Source: an uncultured virus (IMG/VR IMGVR_UViG_3300038423_000106) (Duplodnaviria; Heunggongvirae; Uroviricota; Caudoviricetes). Taken from it: a stretch of 64,000 nucleotides of DNA. Positions 57,029 to 64,000 of this stretch are shown here, piece after piece. The translations under genes were made by a program, and so were the position numbers. Under the pieces are notes generated by a model. The model saw only the letters and a program-made list of their open reading frames with translations. It was not told where the DNA came from and did no database searches. Position 1 is the stretch's first letter; each line of letters begins with the position of its first letter. The DNA lies in IMG/VR virus record IMGVR_UViG_3300038423_000106; one strand, given 5' to 3'.

Positions 57029-58696
57029 TTAATGCACCGTCACGGTCAAGCCAGTCGGGGCGTTCGGCCCCGTAGCCGCAAACTGGTACGCGCCCACGTT
57101 CCACGCGCCAGTGGAAGGACGATTAACTCCGAGAATGGCTGGAACGACTACAGTGTGATTGGTGGCGTTGTACGCCACGCCAGTGAACCCCTGAAGGCAG
57201 GCCGCCTTGGATACGGAATCGTTCAGTCCGTTGCAGAATGTCGCATTGTTCGTCCCGGCCCCGACCGTGGAATTACTGGATGCCGTGGGCGCGTAGTCGT
57301 TCGCTGACGTGTAGCCCTGCGTAGCGGCAAGAGTGGGCGTCATAAACAGATCAGTAGTTTCGCTACTGAATGAGCATCCGTCCATCGTGGAAGTGTAGGT
57401 CGTGATCCAGTGATTGTTCTGGGAGCTAACCGATCCGGGAGCCGGAGCGGGGCAGGGCCATGCTGAATTGAACGGAGGATTCACGAAAGTGTTGTTATAA
57501 AAAGCCACATTCCCGCCGCCGATGGGAGGCGATGCTTGGCTGATGTTGAAGTAGTTCGAGTTCGCGTACAGGTCATGGATGACGTTGTTGAAGACGTAGT
57601 CTGTCTGTCCGGTAGGCGGGGCGAGCCACAGCGTGTTCGCGGAAAGCGCCTGGCTCCCGAGCGTCCCGATGTAACGGAAGATGTTGTTGTAGAAAAGATT
57701 CGGATCTGACGAGCCGTGGGACGTTTCCCCGTAGCACTGGAGCACGTCCGAGTGCGACGAGCCATCCGTCACGTTGTTCATATACTCCCAGAGATTGTCG
57801 TGAACCCGATAGCAGCCAGAAGATGAATTTTCTCCTTGGTTGTAGCGAACGACGTTGTAATTGAACTGATAAACGTCGCCTTTCATCGAAATCAGCGAGT
57901 ACGGGTCGGAATCCGAACCGTCGATGACGTTGTATTCATAGGTGATTCCGGGCTCCTGATTATAGCTGTAAAATGCGATCCCGCCGCCACCTTGCGTGCC
58001 AGCCGAAGTATGGGTCCATCCGTGAACGTAGTTTCTCGAAACAATGTGCCCGTTCGGGCTGCCGCTGGAGTTGAAGGTGAGCATGATCGCGCCACCTTCG
58101 TTCGATGATTGCGTGGTGTTCCAGCAGAACCCAGTGAACTCGAAATCGTCAAGGATGTTATAAACCGTGCCGCTGAAGGCAACCATGTCGTTGCCGTTCG
58201 TGACTTGGTAGGCGCAACTGCCGACCACGCTCGTGCTCGGCGAGTTGTCGCCCGTGAAAACGGGCCGCGTCCATCCCGTGCTCGGCCATCCGAGATCGAC
58301 GCCGATGTACGTGTAATGACTGCTCGTGCCGCTCCAAGTGAAGTTGATGCCGCCACCGCCTGCGTATGGAGTCGCGGACGAGTTGCCGAAGTGGTAAGTC
58401 GATCCGCCCTCGATGATGATCCCGGTTCCAGCGGGAACGCCTGCTGATTGCACCGTGCCGCAAGTGGCCGTGCAGGTTGGCATCCCCGGAATGTGCAGCC
58501 ACGGGCTTGATTCACTAGTGCCGGAATTGCTGTCCGACGCCCCGGAGAGCGACGAAGCGTAATAGCAAGAGGTCACGCCAAGCGAGGCAAGGGTGACCAA
58601 CGCGCCCGAAGCATTCGGATAGTTCGTTCCATTGGGACAGGAGCCGCCAGCGGCAAAACAGGCCGCGCTCAGAAACAGGATAAGTACGCATCTCAT
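57029..58696 (-). CDS. Secreted right-handed beta-helix (pectin-lyase-like) protein
   Basis: Signal peptide; D.NSGT...PW...P, H.D..Q, YNN/FNN ladders, W..GAYQ; C-terminal APTGLTVTVH. Confidence 0.75.
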   Translation of the reverse strand: MRCVLILFLSAACFAAGGSCPNGTNYPNASGALVTLASLGVTSCYYASSLSGASDSNSGTSESSPWLHIPGMPTCTATCGTVQSAGVPAGTGIIIEGGSTYHFGNSSATPYAGGGGINFTWSGTSSHYTYIGVDLGWPSTGWTRPVFTGDNSPSTSVVGSCAYQVTNGNDMVAFSGTVYNILDDFEFTGFCWNTTQSSNEGGAIMLTFNSSGSPNGHIVSRNYVHGWTHTSAGTQGGGGIAFYSYNQEPGITYEYNVIDGSDSDPYSLISMKGDVYQFNYNVVRYNQGENSSSGCYRVHDNLWEYMNNVTDGSSHSDVLQCYGETSHGSSDPNLFYNNIFRYIGTLGSQALSANTLWLAPPTGQTDYVFNNVIHDLYANSNYFNISQASPPIGGGNVAFYNNTFVNPPFNSAWPCPAPAPGSVSSQNNHWITTYTSTMDGCSFSSETTDLFMTPTLAATQGYTSANDYAPTASSNSTVGAGTNNATFCNGLNDSVSKAACLQGFTGVAYNATNHTVVVPAILGVNRPSTGAWNVGAYQFAATGPNAPTGLTVTVH

Positions 58697-59586
58697 TGGA
58701 TCACCACGCAGATCACGTTCGACGGCGGACCTTCTTTTCCCGCAGAGTCCACTGCCGTTACGTAGTAGTCGTAGTTGTAGAACAGGGCTACTACCTGATC
58801 CGTATAGGTCACAGTCGGAGCCGTGACCGATCCGATCTTCGTCATGCTGACCGGCGTGCTGCTTCCTGTGCAACTTCCGGTCGAAGGATAGCCACGATAG
58901 ATATTGTAACTAGCGGCAGGATCACTTCCCGTAGGGGCGGTCCACGCGGGGAGCGTGTAGTGCGGAGCGAGCACGTAGCTGTATCTGTTGTTGAACCACT
59001 GGCCACCGATCAGAGAATAGAGCGTGACATACATAGTCGAACCGTTGGCCGGGAACCCGGTCGCCTGAGTGCTCGTGAGAACGTTCCCCAGATTGCCGGA
59101 CTGGATGTAATTGTTCCCGCCCACGGTGGTCCCTATGTCGATCCAGTAGGCAGTTGCGCTCGTTCCTGCCGCCCATGTGAACGTTATGTGGTTTGTGTCC
59201 AGAGTCGAGTTGTTCGTCGGAGTCTGCATGACGGCGGCCCCGGCCGTTCCGTTCAGCGACGAATACGTGTAGACGCCGTGCTGCCATACGCCGCTCACCA
59301 GAGAGTACAGGGTGGCATAGACTGTTGTGCCGTTCAATGGGAGGCTCTGCACGGTGATAGTCAGAACGTTTCCCAGATTGCCGGATTGGTAGTAATTGTT
59401 CCCGCCAGCCGTCGTCCCGAGGTCGAGCCAGTAGGCCGTCGCCCCGCAGGAGGAGCAAGTCCAGTCGAACGTCACCGTGCTCCCGCTGAGTTGGGTTCCG
59501 GGTGTCGGCGTGGTGAGCGTGGCTTGCGGGAACGCCGCCGCGCAAGCGAGCCAGAGGAAGACTGCAAGTTTGCAGGTAATTTTCAT
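58693..59586 (-). CDS. Secreted protein, two tandem beta-sandwich repeats plus FN3-like domain
   Basis: Signal peptide; AYW.D.GT..GGNNY.QSGNLGNVLT twice; YNIYR...YYVTAV. Confidence 0.75.
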   Translation of the reverse strand: MKITCKLAVFLWLACAAAFPQATLTTPTPGTQLSGSTVTFDWTCSSCGATAYWLDLGTTAGGNNYYQSGNLGNVLTITVQSLPLNGTTVYATLYSLVSGVWQHGVYTYSSLNGTAGAAVMQTPTNNSTLDTNHITFTWAAGTSATAYWIDIGTTVGGNNYIQSGNLGNVLTSTQATGFPANGSTMYVTLYSLIGGQWFNNRYSYVLAPHYTLPAWTAPTGSDPAASYNIYRGYPSTGSCTGSSTPVSMTKIGSVTAPTVTYTDQVVALFYNYDYYVTAVDSAGKEGPPSNVICVVIQ

Positions 59587-60479
59587 TGGTAGCCCGCCGC
59601 CGTCCAGAAGATCGTGCTCGTGACTTCCGTCGTGTCGCTCGACACGATAAGGAACCCGAATGCCGTCTGATTGACCACGTTCAGGAAGCCGTTGCCGAAC
59701 CCGGCGGCGGCGCTCTTGCGCGTCACCTCCACGGCGTAGTTCGCGTCGCAGTAGGCAGCTCCGTTCGAGAACGTGACCTGATATGCCGCTTCAGGGGAGG
59801 AGCCGTACTGCTGCAACTGTCCGACGCCCGAGGCCACGTGGTTGTCACATGCCGTGGCTGCGGTCCCCGTCTGCCCGAGCAGAAAGAACGTAGGAGCGGG
59901 GGGTGGCGGAGCAGGAAAGGGCGCGCAGTTCGGGTATCCCGTGCTCAGCCATCCAGTAACCACCGGGGTCAGCGCTGGGCAGTTAGATTGGTAGATGCCT
60001 CCGAGCGAGTAGAGTTGCGGCGTGGCGAGCTTGGCCGTGATCACGGAAGGGTTCGTCGGCACGTACTGGTCGAAGTTACAAGCGCCGTTCGCGCACCAGT
60101 AGTTCGAGGTCTGCGGCTGCACGCACGCGTTGCCGTTCGCGGCGGGAGAGATCACGACGTTGTTCGAATCCTTTATGGTCAAAGCAAAACAAATGTTCAT
60201 GGGATTCGTCGTGCTCGTGTTCGCCACCTGGCAGCCGCCCGTGATCGCCCCGTTCACTATCGGGCACACGGTCGGGTACGTGATCTGCTGCCCTCCGCCG
60301 TTCACCTGGTAGCTCACGGGGTTCCCGCCGCTGTCCGTGGCCTGCCAGACGAGTATCCCCGATGGCAGCAGGACTCCTCCAGCGCCGTATATGTTCGCGG
60401 CCGTGATGTTCATGAACGATTGGGAGAACGCGCTCCCGGCGAGCGCCGTCAGCAAAGCGATTTGAAGCAGTCGTTTCAT
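59583..60479 (-). CDS. Secreted fibre-like protein
   Basis: Signal peptide MKRLLQIALLTALAGSAFS-Q; C-terminal VTF....Y.V......T..GF.......W.A.G domain typical of tail-fibre tips. Confidence 0.7.
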   Translation of the reverse strand: MKRLLQIALLTALAGSAFSQSFMNITAANIYGAGGVLLPSGILVWQATDSGGNPVSYQVNGGGQQITYPTVCPIVNGAITGGCQVANTSTTNPMNICFALTIKDSNNVVISPAANGNACVQPQTSNYWCANGACNFDQYVPTNPSVITAKLATPQLYSLGGIYQSNCPALTPVVTGWLSTGYPNCAPFPAPPPPAPTFFLLGQTGTAATACDNHVASGVGQLQQYGSSPEAAYQVTFSNGAAYCDANYAVEVTRKSAAAGFGNGFLNVVNQTAFGFLIVSSDTTEVTSTIFWTAAGYQ

Positions 60480-62764
60480 TGCACCCCCGCCCCCCCGAAA
60501 ACCGCACTCCCACCTATCACTTTGTTCGGACTCGACAGTCCCGCCCAAGCCTCGACCAGGTTGTAGACGTTGACGCTCCCGAGGCCGGTGGCGAAGTCCC
60601 AGCCGGAAGTGGCGGGGTAGGCTGGTTGGTAGGCGCTGTCACTCGTGCTCAACACGCCGAAGTATTGATATGTGGAATCGTCGGGATCGTAGCAATTGAC
60701 GTAAGTCGAGGCAGCTCCCGGATCACCACAACTTGTCGCGTTATCGCCTGCGGTGATGTCGTGAAAGACACACGAACTGCCTATTGAACTTCCAAGGCTT
60801 GCGTTGCACTGACTGTTTCCACCTGATCCGTATTCCGCCCGTGCTAATTGGTACAAAATAGGATTCGCAAGCCCCGACTGCGTTGTGCCGATCTTCTGGT
60901 TTATCAAAGCCTGAATCCCGGCCCAGATGGGCGTACCCAAACTGGTCCCCAAAACGCCGCCCCAGAGCGTAGGAGGGTTGAGTGTGCCGCCAGTTCCATA
61001 GCAACCTTCGGAATCCGAGTTGCAATACATATAAAAATGCGTCCAAGTGCCTCCCCCGGAGAACATCGCCACGTCTGGCTGGTCGCGCACGCCATCTGAG
61101 GGATTGCCGAGAACGGATTGCCATGAAGGTTTCGGCCATCCGGCGCAAGTGCCGTTCACGACTGTGCCGCCAACGGGAACAGCCTGCCCGGTAGCGCAAC
61201 TGCTCGGTCCTCCGCTGCCCGCGAGAATGGACTGGGAGTTTCCCGCTGTGTAAATCGCGCCTCCATAACCCGTGACAGGAAAGTTGCCATCCTTGATCGT
61301 GTTGCATACGCTAGTCGAGCCGTAGATTGGAATGCCGAGATACGAGGCTATGAGCGGGCTGGTGCAGGAATCGTCCCACGGAATCTCCGGCACGTAAGTG
61401 CCGCCTGCGGTGCCATACACCGAGTTATTGGTCGCGTTCCAATAGGAATTTATCGTTCCGGCGTAAGTGTCCCCGAAGTCCGTCCCGCCCACCGACGTGG
61501 CGTAGGGTGTCGAGCCAATCGCGTTCACGCTGAAGCCGAACACGGCAGAGAGGCCGTCGCTGCCAAAGCTGCAAATGCTCGCCCCCCAGTCCCCCGCGGC
61601 CACGAAAACTGAAATACCCTCCGACGCCGCCTGTTGTAACGCGTCATAATAAGCCAAGTTCGCGGCAGGCCCGTTCGCGGGTTCGCACAGTGCGTAACTG
61701 ACGCTCATGATCGTCGGCGGGGAAGGCAGGTTGACCAAGTTCTGAATCGCGATGATGATGCCGTCCCCAAATCCGCTGTCCCCGGCAAAGCAGGACGCGA
61801 GCACGAGATTGGCGCTCGGGGCTGCTGCGCTCGCCCACTCAACATCCACGGCGGCCTCAAGAACGTCAGGCGTGACGCCGGGATCGCTGCATGTAGGCTG
61901 CCCGCTGACCTGCGGGTGGGTCAGCGTTAGGGTGCTGGTGTAAGTGCTGAGTCCGCTAACCGAACGGAAATTTAGCCAGTCGCCATTCCACGGGCCACCC
62001 GAAGGTTCTTGCAAATCTGAATCTTCGACCAGCGTGATCGTCTGCCCCTGCCCGCTGATCCCGGAACTGAAGAGTGGGAGGAAACCGTAAATCGTCTCCA
62101 AATCGAACGGCATGACGTTTTGCAGTGTCCCGGCGCCATTAGTAAGAATTATCTGCGGCTCGGGGTTGAAGTTGCTCAGCCCCATGATGCCGACAATTGC
62201 GGGAGCCAAGGCAGCCGGGACTTGGGGGTTGCTGACATTGCCCCTGTGGTTTTCGCTGGTCATTGGGCCGAGGCCCATGTTGCCATTCGGCTTCCTGCGG
62301 TTCACGGTCAGGTTGTGAATCTCGGTGTGGAAGGCGCCTGTGACCTGTCCCGCCGTACCCGAGAAATCTATCGTCAGATTGCTCGCGCCGTTGACCGTGA
62401 AGCCGTGCGACTTCAGCCATGTCGTGATGGCTTTCCGGTCGTCAGGATGCGTCGGCCACTGCGCGTTGAACTGAGCCGCCGTGAGCCATTTGCGGTAGTT
62501 CGGATGCTTTCGATCGTAGCGCGTCTCCACGTCGGCGGCCAGTGCTTGCGATTGTTCAGGAGCGCGGGCCAGCACCATGACCATGTGGTTCATGGCGAAG
62601 CTATCGGCCACCTTGCCCTTGTCGTTTGCCGGGACGGTCGCCTCGGGCCTCGTGTTGCCAGCAAGCGTTGCCAGTTTGGTTTCGTCCACAGCAGAGGTCA
62701 CGAGTCGGCGCGGGGTCTGCGCCATGACGCTCGCGGCCAGCAAGATCAGAAGGGTTATCCTCAT
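60476..62764 (-). CDS. Secreted S53 (sedolisin/kumamolisin) peptidase with prodomain
   Basis: Signal peptide; prodomain Y.KWLT..QF; catalytic EAAVD, AAGD.G, GTS..P; Ca site DIT.G.N and GWD..TGLGS. Confidence 0.9.
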   Translation of the reverse strand: MRITLLILLAASVMAQTPRRLVTSAVDETKLATLAGNTRPEATVPANDKGKVADSFAMNHMVMVLARAPEQSQALAADVETRYDRKHPNYRKWLTAAQFNAQWPTHPDDRKAITTWLKSHGFTVNGASNLTIDFSGTAGQVTGAFHTEIHNLTVNRRKPNGNMGLGPMTSENHRGNVSNPQVPAALAPAIVGIMGLSNFNPEPQIILTNGAGTLQNVMPFDLETIYGFLPLFSSGISGQGQTITLVEDSDLQEPSGGPWNGDWLNFRSVSGLSTYTSTLTLTHPQVSGQPTCSDPGVTPDVLEAAVDVEWASAAAPSANLVLASCFAGDSGFGDGIIIAIQNLVNLPSPPTIMSVSYALCEPANGPAANLAYYDALQQAASEGISVFVAAGDWGASICSFGSDGLSAVFGFSVNAIGSTPYATSVGGTDFGDTYAGTINSYWNATNNSVYGTAGGTYVPEIPWDDSCTSPLIASYLGIPIYGSTSVCNTIKDGNFPVTGYGGAIYTAGNSQSILAGSGGPSSCATGQAVPVGGTVVNGTCAGWPKPSWQSVLGNPSDGVRDQPDVAMFSGGGTWTHFYMYCNSDSEGCYGTGGTLNPPTLWGGVLGTSLGTPIWAGIQALINQKIGTTQSGLANPILYQLARAEYGSGGNSQCNASLGSSIGSSCVFHDITAGDNATSCGDPGAASTYVNCYDPDDSTYQYFGVLSTSDSAYQPAYPATSGWDFATGLGSVNVYNLVEAWAGLSSPNKVIGGSAVFGGAGVQ

Positions 62765-63708
62765 TTCTGCACGACCGAGGCGCGGTGGCGCTTCACGCTG
62801 CCGCCGCCTGTATAGGTATAGGAAGCCACGTTGCTGTCTGCCGTGTAGGAAGTTCCGGCGACCACGTTGATTGTTTCGGCCACGGAAACGGTGAAACTCT
62901 CAGCAAACGAGCCTGTAGTACAGGCCAATCCAAATCCATTCGTCACCGGATTCGTTGGGCTGACCGCATAACATGTTACGAACGTGGCCGACGAACTGGA
63001 ACAGCTCACGGTCTGCGGCACCGTCCCGCTGCTCGGCGTGCAAGTCGGCGTGGCGGCCTTGGTCACGCTCCCACTGGTCTTGAAGGCGGCGACGTTCGAC
63101 TCCGCATCGTCGCCATCGGCGCAGGTCCACACCATGTCGATGGCCCCGCTGCCTGTGTTGTGGTAGTAGGCGTCTGCCTGCGAAGCGGTGGAAGGGTTAT
63201 AGTCGTCGTTCGCTATGGTGCCCGTGCTTACCGAACTGCAATCTCCGCTGCCGTCGAACCCTCCATAGGTCGAGATGAACAAGTCTCCGGACTGCGAAGG
63301 CAACAGGCTGCCGGGGTCTTGGCCGTTGCCATTGTTATTATTGCTGCCATCCGCCGGATTGAATCCAGTTGGCGTCCCGCTGAAGACCTGCACGGTGAGG
63401 AAGGCGCCGCCGCTTGCGCATGAAACTGTATCGGTTCCGCCGGAGAACGAGCCATAGGCGTAGTATGTCCAAAGGTAGTCCGCATCGGCATTGGCCTCGA
63501 TGGCGTGCCAGCCCAGGCTTAAGGTATCTGTGGGCGCGTTGCCGATAATGCTGCACGATGCCTCGATCAGCGTAGCCGTGCCCGACCAAGTGACCGTGCA
63601 GGACGGCGGCGAATTCGTATAGTCGTCGCAGTTCCCGATGAGAGTCTGGGCGCTGGCCGCAGAACCAGCGAGCAGAAGCAAGGCGAGGATGAGTAAGATT
63701 CGTCGCAT
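62761..63708 (-). CDS. Secreted protein with C-terminal FN3-associated-like domain
   Basis: Signal peptide MRRILLILALLLLAGSAASA-Q; ATPT..P..G....V..S...Y....P. Confidence 0.7.
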   Translation of the reverse strand: MRRILLILALLLLAGSAASAQTLIGNCDDYTNSPPSCTVTWSGTATLIEASCSIIGNAPTDTLSLGWHAIEANADADYLWTYYAYGSFSGGTDTVSCASGGAFLTVQVFSGTPTGFNPADGSNNNNGNGQDPGSLLPSQSGDLFISTYGGFDGSGDCSSVSTGTIANDDYNPSTASQADAYYHNTGSGAIDMVWTCADGDDAESNVAAFKTSGSVTKAATPTCTPSSGTVPQTVSCSSSSATFVTCYAVSPTNPVTNGFGLACTTGSFAESFTVSVAETINVVAGTSYTADSNVASYTYTGGGSVKRHRASVVQK

Positions 63709-63710
63709 GG

Positions 63711-64000
63711 CTAATAGGTATATTCGATAATGACTGCGAGACTTGTGCTGTGCGTGTCGGGCGTGCCCATCACCGGATCAATGCCCGTCCCGGTCGTCCA
63801 GCTCGCGTTCGACACCGAGCACGAGGAACTGTAGGCATAGCTGTTCCCGCACTGAAGCGTGCCGCTGCAAACCGTCGTGCCCGTTCCAGCCGAGCCGAAT
63901 GACGGATTGACGGTCGTGGTGTTGGACGAGTAGTCGCTCCGGCACTTCACCGCCGTGATCGTCCGCGTCACTCCAGAATCGTTGTAGCAGGTGTTGTTCG
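63711..64000 (-). CDS. C-terminal part of fibre-like protein (start outside window)
   Basis: Thr/Ser/Cys-rich beta-sandwich TITAVKC..D...IIEYTY; frame open to window edge. Confidence 0.55.
   Translation of the reverse strand, partial: NNTCYNDSGVTRTITAVKCRSDYSSNTTTVNPSFGSAGTGTTVCSGTLQCGNSYAYSSSCSVSNASWTTGTGIDPVMGTPDTHSTSLAVIIEYTY

Noticed and set aside
58980..59530. Duplicated segments as DGR template/variable repeats
   Set aside because: Both copies are in frame in one protein, differences are not adenine-specific, and no reverse transcriptase is present
1..64000. tRNA genes, integrase, att sites
   Set aside because: No cloverleaf/T-loop signature or recombinase motif recognised by eye; they may lie outside the window

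Overview
The whole window is part of a tailed dsDNA (pro)phage genome with a contractile tail. The late genes run on the minus strand from about 27 kb down to 1: terS, terL, SPP1 gp7-like head protein, DUF1073-type portal, DUF2213-type protease/scaffold, DUF2184-type major capsid, neck, DUF3383-type sheath, tube, frameshifted tail chaperone, tape measure with muramidase domain, and baseplate. The early and replication genes (initiator, DnaB, recombination, methylase-like) are on the minus strand from 27 to 46 kb. A back-to-back promoter switch at about 46.1 kb precedes a rightward arm (RHH regulator, HNH, RusA, PP-loop protein, repeat-bounded gene cassettes). Lysis genes and a roughly 10 kb run of signal-peptide-bearing extracellular proteins, including an S53 protease, occupy 51.6-64 kb. 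An intact IS1595 element with TIRs, an 8-bp TSD and passenger genes splits a phage gene. Most notable are the Sec-exported gene block in the tail-fibre position, a dispersed palindrome CTGCAARYTTGCAG (8 exact and 5 near copies found by eye), a GT2-GT2-radical SAM-SDR block inside the head operon, repeat-bounded cassette arrays, two leader pseudoknots, and a captured ASCH fragment. An Acidobacteriota-like host is an inference from protein style only. Family names come from motif recognition, not database searches. No integrase, tRNA, CRISPR or reverse transcriptase was seen.
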